A stretch of 64,000 nt of DNA from Bacteroidales bacterium (GTDB lineage: Bacteria; Bacteroidota; Bacteroidia; Bacteroidales; VadinHA17), in assembly GCA_034004025.1 (NCBI GenBank), contig JAVEXM010000002.1:38083-102082 (forward strand). The letters are read 5' to 3'. The notes beneath the pieces are model-generated. The model was not told the origin of the DNA. It did no database searches and saw only the letters and a list, made by a program, of their open reading frames with translations. Position 1 is the stretch's first letter, and the number at the start of each line of letters is the position of its first letter. The position numbers and the translations under genes were made by a program. Below are positions 18,022-29,628 of the stretch, piece by piece.

Positions 18022-19095
18022 ACCCTCCATCACCTCCTCCTGGCAACGTATCGACTCCTCGTGGATGAGTCGTATCAGTTTCCCGACGAACTCCCTGTCG
18101 AGCTCTTCGGAGACACCGTGGCTTGTTCTTGTCTGTAGTATCTCGAGCCATCTCTCGAGCTGGAATATGGTTATGTCATTGAGGCATTTGAACTCGCCCA
18201 TCTCCCTGCTTATTCTCATGCGTGATGCCACCAGCTCAATGATCTGATGGTCAATGGAGTCTATCCTGTCCCTCATCTCCCCTAGCCTGTTCCGGAATCC
18301 GGTGTCATCAGATGTGGGGGCCCGGAACACCAGGCTCTCCATCATTTTAATGAAAGAGGGGATGTCGAGCTGTTGCTCTTTGTCGCTCAAAGCGTTTTGC
18401 GGGTCAGGGTGCACCTCCACCATCAATCCTGCCATATTCAGGTCGAGCGCCTTCTGTGCTATACCGGGCACAAGGTCAGCCCTTCCTGTCATGTGGCTGG
18501 GGTCACACAGCACCGGCAGTGAAGGGATGCGACTGCGGAGTTCAATAGCCAGCTCCCATTTGGGTATGTTACGGTAGCGGCTCTTCTCATAGGGAGTGAA
18601 TCCGCGGTGGATAGCCGCAATCTTCTCAATGCCTGCAGCATGGACTCTCTCTATGGCCCCCTGCCACAGTTCCAGGTCGGGACCCAGAGGGTTCTTCACC
18701 AGCACCGGCTGACAGGTACCCCTGAGGGCAGCCACGATCTCGTCAACACTGAAGGGGTTTGATACGGTGCGGGCGCCGAGCCACACCACGTCTATCCCTG
18801 CCTTCATGCAGGCCTCCGCATGCAGCGGGGAGGCCACCTCCACGGCTACGGGCAGCCCGGTCTCCTGTTTCACCGTCCGGAGCCACTCCAGGGCTTTATA
18901 GCCCTCGCCGCCAAAGGAGGAGGGCCTCGACCGAGGTTTCCAGAGCCCGGCCCTAAGGATATGAACCCTGCCAGTGTCCTTCAGGGCCCGTGCCGTCACC
19001 AGAAGCTGCTCCTCACTCTCGGCGCTGCAGGGACCCGCGATTACCAGCGGTGTCTCCCCGAATCCCCATGAACCTATCTCTGCTGCCTCCATCAA
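17971..19095 (-). CDS. Bifunctional 3-deoxy-7-phosphoheptulonate synthase / chorismate mutase type II
   Basis: The N-terminal KDO8P/DAHP-synthase-like TIM barrel region (PLVIAGPCSAESEEQ, DPSH) is followed by a chorismate mutase helical region (RDRIDSIDHQIIELVASRMRIS). The 3' end overlaps pssA by 51 nt (convergent). Confidence 0.8.
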   Translation of the reverse strand: MMEAAEIGSWGFGETPLVIAGPCSAESEEQLLVTARALKDTGRVHILRAGLWKPRSRPSSFGGEGYKALEWLRTVKQETGLPVAVEVASPLHAEACMKAGIDVVWLGARTVSNPFSVDEIVAALRGTCQPVLVKNPLGPDLELWQGAIERVHAAGIEKIAAIHRGFTPYEKSRYRNIPKWELAIELRSRIPSLPVLCDPSHMTGRADLVPGIAQKALDLNMAGLMVEVHPDPQNALSDKEQQLDIPSFIKMMESLVFRAPTSDDTGFRNRLGEMRDRIDSIDHQIIELVASRMRISREMGEFKCLNDITIFQLERWLEILQTRTSHGVSEELDREFVGKLIRLIHEESIRCQEEVMEGLRRGGDCPPADQGGDE

Positions 19096-19133
19096 CTCAC
19101 TCCCGGCCTCTGCCCCTCACTGCTTAACATAGA

Positions 19134-20261
19134 TCAGTACATATGATCATCGCCGGTCATCTCCTCACTGTTAATTCTCTTGCGGTTGATGGAACGCCAG
19201 GCATACCATATGTAAGCCACCACAAAGGGAATTATAAAGGAGACGTACATCATGGTCCTGAGGGTGAACAGGCTCGATGATGCATTCTCCAGCGTCAGCG
19301 AACTCTGCAGGTCGGCAGTGGAGGGATAGAAGGCCGTATCTCCGTAGCCGGCCATGAAGAAGAGAGCCATCACCACCGGTACTGTGCCGAATCCCGCATA
19401 CCATATGGCCTTGTCGGAGTTTTTGAAGAGAGCCAGCCAGAGAGAGACAAGCACCAGTACCACCCCGCCGGCAAAAAATATCAGGGAGAGGGGGTTGGTG
19501 ACAAGGTTATGGAGATAGTGATACTTCACCAGTGTAACCTCGCCTGCCGGTGAGCTCATGAATCCCTTTCCGGTAAGTATGACAGCAACGAATGCGAGGA
19601 AGAAGATAAGAAACGGCACGGCATTCCTTGCCAGGGTCTTTCTTATGCTTACAGCCATCTCCGCATCATCGATGGTGTTTGACAGGTACATCAACCCCAG
19701 CACCCTTGTCAGGAAGAGCACGGCAAATCCAAGCAGCAGGTTGACCGGGTTGATGAGAGCCTCCAGGCCGTGCCATCCCGAGCCCCAGGTGACCCTGTTG
19801 AAGAGGTCGAGGGTGAAGTCCGACCCGGTAAAGAAGGTTGCGACGGCCACCCCTATCAGGAAGGGGCCGACGCTGCCGTTGATGAAGAGGAAGGTGTCAA
19901 AGAGACTGGTGCCGTATACGTTGGCAGGTTTGGAGCGGTACTCGTACGCTACTGCCTGGATGATGAAGCTGAACAGTATGGCCATCCAGACCCAGTATGC
20001 TCCTCCGAAGCTCGTTGCGTAGAAGAGGGGGAACGATGCGAAGAAGGCACCGCCGAAGGTGACGAGGGTGGTGAAGGTGAACTCCCATTTGCGGCCGAGG
20101 GCGTTTACCATCATCTTGCGCTGCATGTCATTACGAGGCAGTGAGAAGATGAACGACTGCCCTCCCTGAACGAACATCAGGAAGACCAGGAGACCGGCGA
20201 GAAGAGATATTATCAGCCACCAGTAACCTTGCAGGAACGCGTGTGTTATCATATATGTCAT
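19134..20261 (-). CDS. cydB: Cytochrome bd ubiquinol/menaquinol oxidase subunit II
   Basis: 375-aa polytopic protein immediately downstream of cydA, with a CydB-like N-terminus (LQGYWWLIISLLAGLLVFLMFVQGGQ). Confidence 0.93.
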   Translation of the reverse strand: MTYMITHAFLQGYWWLIISLLAGLLVFLMFVQGGQSFIFSLPRNDMQRKMMVNALGRKWEFTFTTLVTFGGAFFASFPLFYATSFGGAYWVWMAILFSFIIQAVAYEYRSKPANVYGTSLFDTFLFINGSVGPFLIGVAVATFFTGSDFTLDLFNRVTWGSGWHGLEALINPVNLLLGFAVLFLTRVLGLMYLSNTIDDAEMAVSIRKTLARNAVPFLIFFLAFVAVILTGKGFMSSPAGEVTLVKYHYLHNLVTNPLSLIFFAGGVVLVLVSLWLALFKNSDKAIWYAGFGTVPVVMALFFMAGYGDTAFYPSTADLQSSLTLENASSSLFTLRTMMYVSFIIPFVVAYIWYAWRSINRKRINSEEMTGDDHMY

Positions 20262-20264
20262 GAC

Positions 20265-21830
20265 TTACTCCTCCTTCTGTTTTGGTCCTGTTTTGATCTG
20301 TCTAACCATAATTGAAACCTCTGCTATGAGCAGCGCGGTGAATAGCACTGCAAAGAGCCAGAAGGTTGTCTGCACCGCACCGGTGCTGATGTTCGAGACG
20401 GCAACGTTTACCGGCATCAGGTTCTGTATTATCCATGGCTGACGGCCCATCTCCGTCACCACCCATCCCAGCTCACTGGCAAGGTATGCCAGGGGTATGG
20501 AGAGGAGAGCGAGCCAGAGGAACCATCTGTTTTTCTCAAGGCTTTGACGTCGGTAAAACCAGAGGGCAAGGGCAAAGAGAAGTATAAAGAAGAAGCCCAG
20601 ACCCACCATGACGCGGAAGCTGTAAAAGGTAACCGGCACTGACGGTATCACCTGCCACGGATGTTCAAAATAGCTGTATCCGAAGTACCTGAAGTAATTG
20701 TCAACGAAACCGGGGTCTTCAAACATGGCTGCCAGGGCGGTCATGCTCTCCGTGTCGCCGATCTCCTTTGCCATCTTGTAGTCGGTGAGCACCTGCCTGG
20801 CATAAGTCCCGCGGTTCATCATCTCCTGCACCGAGAGTATGCCCCTTTCGGGGTTGCCGTTCACCAGGTCCTTTATCCCAGGCACATAGCCGCTCCCCTT
20901 GCCTGTTGTCATAATGGAGAGCAGCTTGGGTATCTCTATCTTCAGTTTGACATCATGGACCTTCTTCTCCCCTATTCTCTCCCCGCTGTCAGAGAGGGCA
21001 CCGATAACCGTCAGTCCTGCATCCGTTTTCCCCTCGTAGAGGGCCTCCATGGCGGCGAACTTGACAGGCTGAACCTTTGCCAGGGTGCGGGCCGAGATGT
21101 CGCCGGTGAATGCTACCAGCAGTGATGAGACCAGCCCGAAGATGCCTGCAATAAGGATGCTCTTCGCGGCAAGCATCTGCTCTCTCCTGCGTATCAGGAA
21201 CCAGGCGCTGATGCCAACTACAAACACTGAGGCAAGTACAAAGCCTGAGGTTACGGTGTGGGTGAACTTGTCAATAGCCACAGGGTTGAAGACCACCTCC
21301 CGGAAGCTGTTCATCTCGTTGCGGGCAGTATCGGGATTGAATGCCATGCCGACGGGATTCTCCATCCATGCGTTGGCGATCAGTATCCAGAGTGCCGACA
21401 GGTTGGCGCCTATTGCCACGAGCCAGGTGGATGCCAGGTGAAACTTCTTGCTCACCTTGTTCCACCCGAAGAACATCACAGCAATGAAAGTGGATTCAAG
21501 GAAAAAGGCGAGAATACCCTCAATGGCCAGGGGAGCGCCGAAGATGTCGCCCACGAACCACGAGTAGCTGGACCAGTTGGTTCCGAATTCAAATTCGAGG
21601 ATTATGCCGGTGGCCACTCCTATGGCGAAGTTAATGCCGAAGAGCGTCATCCAGAACTTTGTGATCCTCTTCCACATCTCATCGCCGGTGCGCACATAGA
21701 TGGTCTCCATGAACGCCAGGATAAACGAGAGGCCCAGCGTGAGGGGAACGAAGAGCCAGTGGTACATGGCCGTCAGGGCGAACTGTGCCCTCGACCAGTT
21801 AACGAGTGAGAGATCAAAGTTTTCGATCAT
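20265..21830 (-). CDS. cydA: Cytochrome bd oxidase subunit I
   Basis: FALTAMYHWLFVPLTLG N-terminus, a Q-loop, and the EMGRQPWIIQ motif. Confidence 0.95.
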   Translation of the reverse strand: MIENFDLSLVNWSRAQFALTAMYHWLFVPLTLGLSFILAFMETIYVRTGDEMWKRITKFWMTLFGINFAIGVATGIILEFEFGTNWSSYSWFVGDIFGAPLAIEGILAFFLESTFIAVMFFGWNKVSKKFHLASTWLVAIGANLSALWILIANAWMENPVGMAFNPDTARNEMNSFREVVFNPVAIDKFTHTVTSGFVLASVFVVGISAWFLIRRREQMLAAKSILIAGIFGLVSSLLVAFTGDISARTLAKVQPVKFAAMEALYEGKTDAGLTVIGALSDSGERIGEKKVHDVKLKIEIPKLLSIMTTGKGSGYVPGIKDLVNGNPERGILSVQEMMNRGTYARQVLTDYKMAKEIGDTESMTALAAMFEDPGFVDNYFRYFGYSYFEHPWQVIPSVPVTFYSFRVMVGLGFFFILLFALALWFYRRQSLEKNRWFLWLALLSIPLAYLASELGWVVTEMGRQPWIIQNLMPVNVAVSNISTGAVQTTFWLFAVLFTALLIAEVSIMVRQIKTGPKQKEE

Positions 21831-21834
21831 ATTG

Positions 21835-22062
21835 TCAGCTGTTACCGGTTAGTTGTTCCAGAACATAGTCTCCCCTTTCCCTGTCGGAACTGAAATTTGT
21901 CTTAAGAAAATCAGGGAAAAAGAACAGTTTCAGAATGAGAAACATAATGAAGAGCTTGACGAGGATGATTATCCACACCCTGTTTCCCCACCACGACATG
22001 GTGCGAAACCCGTCATAATAGAAGCGTGCAACTCTGCCCAGGGCGGAAACCAGACGTGCCAT
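21835..22062 (-). CDS. DUF4492-type small membrane protein preceding cydAB
   Basis: FYYDGFRTMS...IIILVKLFIMFLILKLFFFPDFL matches my memory of DUF4492. It sits 4 nt upstream of cydA. Confidence 0.6.
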   Translation of the reverse strand: MARLVSALGRVARFYYDGFRTMSWWGNRVWIIILVKLFIMFLILKLFFFPDFLKTNFSSDRERGDYVLEQLTGNS

Positions 22063-22065
22063 CTC

Positions 22066-23196
22066 TCAGTCAGCCGTTTTTTTTGTCTCTTTTCCCAGGC
22101 CGGTGGTTAGCTTGCGTACCGGCCCGAAGTTATTGAAGAACTCACGTGCGAATACCCTCAGGGCAGTATAGGAGGGTACTGCCACGATCATGCCGGCGAT
22201 GCCGGCAAAGCTGCCCACCGCCAGGATTACCAGGAAGATCTCAATCGGGTGGGCATTGACGCTGCGGGAATAGATCATCGGCTGGATGAGGTTGTTGTCA
22301 ATAGCCTGGGTTGCGGCGATGACTATCACCATGTAGATGAGCAGCAGCCAGATGACAGGATATCCCGCCGTGGTCACTGCTGTTGCCATGCCCATCAGCA
22401 CTGCCACCGATCCTCCCAGCCAGGGGCCCACGTAGGGTATCACGTTGAAGATACCGATGATCAGGCCCATGACCAGCGCCTGCTGGAACGGAAAACCCAC
22501 TATAGTCATGCCGATGGTGATGTTTATCAGCACAATTGAGCACTGGATGATGATGCCAATGAAATACCTTATCAGAAGATGCTTGATAGAGTGAAGGACA
22601 TTCCTGATCCTCTTTTCATACTGGTCGGGCACCATCACCATCACCGTCTCCTTGAACAGCCCCTCATCCTTGAGGAAGAAGAAGGAGAGAAAGGTTATCG
22701 CCACAAATGCTACTACAAACTTGCTTATTACCGTAACAATGTTGCCTGCAAAATCGGTTATTGATGCAGGATTGAGAACGTTGGAGATGGTGTCGACCGC
22801 AATGTCATAAAGCGTTTTGTCTGCCGGCATCTCCTTGTACACTTTCCTTAAAAGGGCATCAAGCTTGTCGATCTGCTCACGGAGTCCCTGTACCAGTGAG
22901 CTGGCGTCAAATCCTGACAGCGCATCTATCTGCTTGGTTATCAAAGGTATGAAAATCACGAAAAAGAGAGCCAGGAGACCGTACAGAAACAGCAGGGTGA
23001 TCAGGGAGCTCAAAGCCTTTGGGAACCTGAACTTCCATATTTTTATCCTGTTCAGAAGATCAACGATCGGGCGCCCCACCAGGGAGATAACACCTGCAGC
23101 CAGTATGTAGACAAAAATGTTCCTGAAATACCAGAAGATATATACCAGCAACGCTATGCCTATAATGATCAGAAAATTACGAAGTGTGGTATTCAT
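22066..23196 (-). CDS. AI-2E family transporter (PerM-like permease)
   Basis: 376 aa with 8 predicted TM helices. The FNVIPYVGPWLG motif is typical of the family. Confidence 0.8.
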   Translation of the reverse strand: MNTTLRNFLIIIGIALLVYIFWYFRNIFVYILAAGVISLVGRPIVDLLNRIKIWKFRFPKALSSLITLLFLYGLLALFFVIFIPLITKQIDALSGFDASSLVQGLREQIDKLDALLRKVYKEMPADKTLYDIAVDTISNVLNPASITDFAGNIVTVISKFVVAFVAITFLSFFFLKDEGLFKETVMVMVPDQYEKRIRNVLHSIKHLLIRYFIGIIIQCSIVLINITIGMTIVGFPFQQALVMGLIIGIFNVIPYVGPWLGGSVAVLMGMATAVTTAGYPVIWLLLIYMVIVIAATQAIDNNLIQPMIYSRSVNAHPIEIFLVILAVGSFAGIAGMIVAVPSYTALRVFAREFFNNFGPVRKLTTGLGKETKKTAD

Positions 23197-23300
23197 AGGC
23201 CATCAGGGTCTGATTGTTAATTCATACGCCGCATGCACCGGGCAAACTCTTCTTCTCAAAATTAAAAAGAATTCCCGGTTATGCAATCATCAGGACTAAA

Positions 23301-23346
23301 ATGCCATTATGTCACCCGGGGCATAGTATTTCATGCCATTGTGTCA
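23301..23346 (+). promoter_or_regulatory. Two direct repeats ATGCCATT(A/G)TGTCA upstream of hsp20 (candidate regulator or alternative-sigma sites)
   Basis: Copies at 23301-23314 and 23333-23346 are spaced 32 bp apart. An inverted partial copy TGATGGCAT lies at 23356-23364. Confidence 0.35.
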
Positions 23347-23428
23347 GGACACGGATGATGGCATGCAGATTGAAATATTGAGGGTGTAAATGTTAATAAT
23401 GTCAAACAAAATAAAAAAGGAGGTTGCT

Positions 23429-23857
23429 ATGTTACCAATGATTACCAGAAGGAACTACAAACCGCTTACGTTGTCGGATTTTTTGAATGAGGATTTCTTC
23501 CCGGCTTTTAACAGGAACACCGGCAGTCTGCCAGCAGTGAACATCAGGGAAGACGAGAAGGCGTTTTATCTTGAGCTTGCTGTTCCGGGCATGGACAAGA
23601 AGGACCTGCACATTGAGGTTAAGGATGATATCCTGACCATTTCATCGGAGCACAAGGAGGAGAAGCAGGAGGAGCTTGACGGGTACAGGCGCAGGGAGTT
23701 CAGCTACAGTTCATTCTGCCGCAGTTTCTATCTGCCTGAGGATGTGAACGGTGAAAAGATCGGTGCCAGCTACAAGGATGGCATTCTGAATGTTGAGATC
23801 CCGAAGCTGGAGGAAGAGAAGAAGAAGGAGAAGATCCGTTCGATCTCGATATCGTAA
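23429..23857 (+). CDS. Hsp20/alpha-crystallin family small heat-shock protein
   Basis: Alpha-crystallin domain (PAVNIREDEKAFYLELAVPGM...GILNVEIPK). I chose the ATG at 23429 because AAGGAGG lies 5 nt upstream. The track's start at 23390 is also possible. Confidence 0.9.
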   Translation: MLPMITRRNYKPLTLSDFLNEDFFPAFNRNTGSLPAVNIREDEKAFYLELAVPGMDKKDLHIEVKDDILTISSEHKEEKQEELDGYRRREFSYSSFCRSFYLPEDVNGEKIGASYKDGILNVEIPKLEEEKKKEKIRSISIS

Positions 23858-23895
23858 ATCGGTTTTTCACAGCCGCAACGTCGGCTGGAAGTAAA

Positions 23896-23937
23896 GTAAA
23901 GAGGGTGCCTCAAACGGGCACCCTCTTTACTTTTTTT
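23896..23937. terminator. Strong hairpin terminator between convergent hsp20 and fprA-like genes
   Basis: A 14-bp perfect stem pairs GTAAAGAGGGTGCC (23896-23909) with GGCACCCTCTTTAC (23917-23930). A T7 run follows on the plus strand. Confidence 0.8.
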
Positions 23938-23951
23938 GGGACAGGGTAATG

Positions 23952-25178
23952 TCAGGCCTCAGCCGTGACAGCCGTGAGTGCGAGTGCAAACCTCTCGCCG
24001 TATTCGATCAGCGGCTTCTCCTTGTTGCTTTCCGGGATGAACTTGTATGCGGCAGGCTCACCGAAGAGTTTCAGCTTCAGGTTTCCGAGCATCTCCGCAA
24101 TCAGCGTCGGAGCTTCGCCGCTCCAGCCGTATGACCCGAATGATCCGGCCAGCTTACCCCTGTCGCGCAGCGGACTCACCATCGCCATAAGCTTATAAAC
24201 AGGCAGCAGGGTGTTCTGGTTGATGGTGGGTGACCCCACAATGATACCGTCAGCTATCGTCAGCCTGGAGTCCATCTCTCCAATGTCAGCACTCTCTATA
24301 TCCATCACCTCCACCTCCACATTCTCCACCGAAGAGGCGCCGCGGGCTATCAGCTCAGCCATCTCCCTGGTATAACCGTAGGCTGAGACGTAGGTGATCA
24401 GGAGCCTCTTCTGCTTTTTTTCGCTTGTCAGCCTCAGGTAGTCCTGTGCGAGAGCCTGGGTTTTGTCCACGGTCTCCCTCCATGTGCTCCGCAGTATCGG
24501 TCCGTGGCCTGTGGCAATCATGGAGATATCAAGGGGCCTGATTTTTTCGATGGCCTTGATCATGAACTTGCTGTACGGCTTCAGGATGACATCAAAATAG
24601 TACCTGAAATCCTCGGAGAAAGCGCCCGTAAGGTCATCAAACATCTCCTCATGACAGTAGTGAGCGCCAAATGAGTCACAGGTAAAGAGTATCCTGTCCT
24701 CCACAAGCCAGGTGTAGATACTGTCAGGCCAATGCAGGTTGGGGGCTGAGATGAATTTCAGTGTCTTGTTGCCCAGGTCCAGGGTGTCACCGTCCTTGAC
24801 GACGAGCGACCTGAACGGCCTGTTGACAATATCAGAGAGGTACCTGATGGCGTTGCCGCTGCCGACAACCACGGCTGACGGTGCCAGGTCAAGCAGCTGA
24901 CGCATTGCGCCTGAATGGTCAGGCTCGGTATGGTCAAGCACGATGTACTCTATCTCCGCCGGGTCAGTAACACTCTTCAGCTTATTGATATATGTCTCGC
25001 TGAACTTCTCCTTGGAGGTCTCGATGACCGTTTTCTTATCAGCATTGATGAAATATGAATTATAGGTCGTGCCGTGCTCCGTGTGCATCACGATGTCAAA
25101 AGTCCTGATGTCGTAGTCAAGCACCCCGATCCATTTTACGTCAGGGGTGAGGTCAATTATTCTGCTGTCTTCTTTCAT
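23952..25178 (-). CDS. FprA-type flavodiiron protein (metallo-beta-lactamase-like + flavodoxin domains)
   Basis: Di-iron motif LDHTEPDHSG and a C-terminal flavodoxin-like domain (LITYVSAYGYTREMA...). 408 aa. Confidence 0.88.
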   Translation of the reverse strand: MKEDSRIIDLTPDVKWIGVLDYDIRTFDIVMHTEHGTTYNSYFINADKKTVIETSKEKFSETYINKLKSVTDPAEIEYIVLDHTEPDHSGAMRQLLDLAPSAVVVGSGNAIRYLSDIVNRPFRSLVVKDGDTLDLGNKTLKFISAPNLHWPDSIYTWLVEDRILFTCDSFGAHYCHEEMFDDLTGAFSEDFRYYFDVILKPYSKFMIKAIEKIRPLDISMIATGHGPILRSTWRETVDKTQALAQDYLRLTSEKKQKRLLITYVSAYGYTREMAELIARGASSVENVEVEVMDIESADIGEMDSRLTIADGIIVGSPTINQNTLLPVYKLMAMVSPLRDRGKLAGSFGSYGWSGEAPTLIAEMLGNLKLKLFGEPAAYKFIPESNKEKPLIEYGERFALALTAVTAEA

Positions 25179-25189
25179 AATGCAATATA

Positions 25190-25861
25190 TTAAACAACCC
25201 TGGCAAGCACAGTCCTGCTGGCCCTTACCTGCCTGAACATCTGCACCTTCGGCTCTGTCTCCGGGGGCAGGAATATATCTACCCGTGACCCGAACTTGAT
25301 GAAGCCGATCTCATCACCCTGCCTTACCTCCTCACCCTTCTTTGAGTAAGTCACTATCCGGCGGGCAAGCGCACCTGCAACCTGTCTTACAAGTATCTCA
25401 GTGCCATTCTCTGATGTAACAACTATTGAGCTTCTTTCGTTCAGCACGGATGACTTGGGGCTCCGGGCATGGAATTTCTTGCCGGGCTGATAGTTGGTGT
25501 AGACTACCGTGCCGGATATAGGATACCTGTTGCTGTGCATGTTGAACGGGGACATGAAGATGGATATCTGCAGCCTGTTATCCTTGAAGTACTCATTTTC
25601 ATAGGTCTCCTCCATAACAACTATCTTGCCGTCAGCCGGTGCGTAGATCAGCAGCGGGTCAGGTTCAACCTGCCTGGCCGGTGTACGGAAGAAGAGCACA
25701 ATAAAGGCCAGCAGTACGACGGATGTTCCAAGCAGCAGATTATGTACCAGCGGCAGTGCGGGCCATATCATCCTTACGGCAACGTTAACCATCAGCAGGA
25801 ATGCAAGGACTGCAAAGATGATTTTGTATCCTTCCCTGTGTATTTTTATCCTTTTTCCCAT
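25190..25861 (-). CDS. psd: Phosphatidylserine decarboxylase proenzyme
   Basis: N-terminal TM helices and a C-terminal FGSRVD self-cleavage (GS) motif. Confidence 0.88.
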   Translation of the reverse strand: MGKRIKIHREGYKIIFAVLAFLLMVNVAVRMIWPALPLVHNLLLGTSVVLLAFIVLFFRTPARQVEPDPLLIYAPADGKIVVMEETYENEYFKDNRLQISIFMSPFNMHSNRYPISGTVVYTNYQPGKKFHARSPKSSVLNERSSIVVTSENGTEILVRQVAGALARRIVTYSKKGEEVRQGDEIGFIKFGSRVDIFLPPETEPKVQMFRQVRASRTVLARVV

Positions 25862-25865
25862 TATC

Positions 25866-26708
25866 TCATCCGATTAAAACCAAATATAGGTAAACCAGCG
25901 GAAACGCCACCACCACGCTGTCAAACCTGTCAAGGAATCCGCCGTGGCCCGGCATTGCCGTGCCGGAGTCCTTCAGCCCCAGGCTCCTCTTAAGCATCGA
26001 TTCCAGCAGGTCACCCACTGTACCTGCCACCGACACAATGAGGGCAATTATGATCCACCCGGCTGTGCCTGCCACGCCGAGCCACCCCGATAACAGTCGT
26101 GCAACGATCAGTGTCAGTACCAGGCCGCCGACAAAACCCTCCCATGACTTCTTCGGGGAGATACGTTCAAAGAGAGGGTGCCTGCCCAGTGTTGAGCCAA
26201 CTAGATAGGCACCGGTATCATTGGTCCAGAGCAGCAGGAAGAAGCCCGTCAGTATAACCGGTGAGTACTCTATCCCTTCCATCTGAATCAGAGGTCCGAT
26301 ACCCGTGTGGTTGAAGGCCAGAAAGGGAAACATGGAGAAGGGTACGGCTGTGTAAAGGATGGAAAAGAAGGTGTGAGCAAGGGAGTCAAAAGGCTTCTCC
26401 TCCTTTCTGAAGAGCTCTGTTGTCATCACTGTCGCTGCCACCGGGATGAGTACAAGAAATCCCTTCACGGGCAGCCAGCCCACTGCTATCAGTGTAGATG
26501 TGAGATAGAGGATAAAGCCGCTGATGATGCCCGTCACCATCTGGGGACGCACACCGGTGTTCCTCACCATGAGATAGTACTCACGCTGTGTGGCGGCTGT
26601 CATCACAGCCCCGACAATGAAGAAGGAGACAGGATGGAGCCACAGCCCGCCGAGAATGAATATAACTATAAAGGCACCGGTAACGGTACGCCTGATAAAA
26701 TTGGTCAC
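25866..26708 (-). CDS. cdsA: Phosphatidate cytidylyltransferase
   Basis: Signature SMLKRSLGLKDSGTAMPGHGGFLDRFDS. Confidence 0.92.
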   Translation of the reverse strand: MTNFIRRTVTGAFIVIFILGGLWLHPVSFFIVGAVMTAATQREYYLMVRNTGVRPQMVTGIISGFILYLTSTLIAVGWLPVKGFLVLIPVAATVMTTELFRKEEKPFDSLAHTFFSILYTAVPFSMFPFLAFNHTGIGPLIQMEGIEYSPVILTGFFLLLWTNDTGAYLVGSTLGRHPLFERISPKKSWEGFVGGLVLTLIVARLLSGWLGVAGTAGWIIIALIVSVAGTVGDLLESMLKRSLGLKDSGTAMPGHGGFLDRFDSVVVAFPLVYLYLVLIG

Positions 26709-26709
26709 C

Positions 26710-26896
26710 TCACAGATCCTTGATTATTTCCTTTGCAAAAAGAACATTATCACGGTGGACAAAGAGCTCTATCTCGCCTATCCTATAGATCCTGTCGCGC
26801 TTGTCAATGGCCACGGCATCGATGCCGCTGTCGAGCAGCCGGTCAACGGCTATCTGGCTTTTTACATCGTCGGTAAAACCGGCTATGACAACCCAC

Positions 26897-26907
<11 letters not shown>
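26710..26907 (-). CDS. Small DUF2007-like protein
   Basis: I take only the last 65 aa (MENEWVVIAGFTDD...) of the 166-aa track ORF as real. Its ATG overlaps the ftsH stop by 11 nt. The upstream part of the ORF lies inside ftsH. Confidence 0.45.
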
Positions 26908-29070
<2,163 letters not shown>

Positions 29071-29071
<1 letters not shown>

Positions 29072-29460
29072 CAGTTACTTTTGTTTTCTGAACTGTCCTC
29101 CAGTAAGGTCATGTGACCATCGGCCCACAATGATTCGAGGTCATAAAACTCCCTGTAGGGCTGCTGAAAAATATGCACCAGTATATCACCGTAATCGAGA
29201 AGAACCCAGATAGAGTTCTCTCTTCCCTCGATATGAAAGGGCTTGATGCCTGTCTCCTTCCTCACCTCATCCTCAACTGACCAGGCAAGTGCGTCCACCT
29301 GCCTTGCGGAGGTGGCATGAGTGATCACAAACCAGTCACAAACCCTGTTTTCAATTTTTCTCAGATCGATAAGCGCCACCTTCTCTCCCTTCTTTTCGAA
29401 CAATCCCTTCACAATGCTTTCAGTGACCCGGGTGGCCTCTTTTCTGGTTTTTCCCATCAA
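29071..29460 (-). CDS. rsfS: Ribosome silencing factor RsfS
   Basis: Iojap/RsfS core (DWFVITHATSARQVDALA...WVLLDYGDILVHIF). Its stop shares one nt with the ftsH ATG. Confidence 0.85.
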
Positions 29461-29628
29461 TAATCTTTTCAGTAATAAACAGTTCCTTTTAACTGGCGCA
29501 AAATTACGAACATTTATCCGTATTTTCGTGCAGCATAACCTCTTTTTACAATTGTAGTGCCAATTTGTTCAGCCTGCGGCGCAACCAGCAGTTGTCGCTG
29601 AAGAGAGGAGCAGAAATAGCTGATCATC

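Noticed and set aside
29546-29562. Sigma-54-like promoter on the minus strand upstream of rsfS-ftsH (TTGGCAC-TACAA-TTGT)
   Set aside because: The -12 element reads TTGT and lacks the highly conserved GC. There is no biological rationale for RpoN control of rsfS/ftsH. It is a single weak match.
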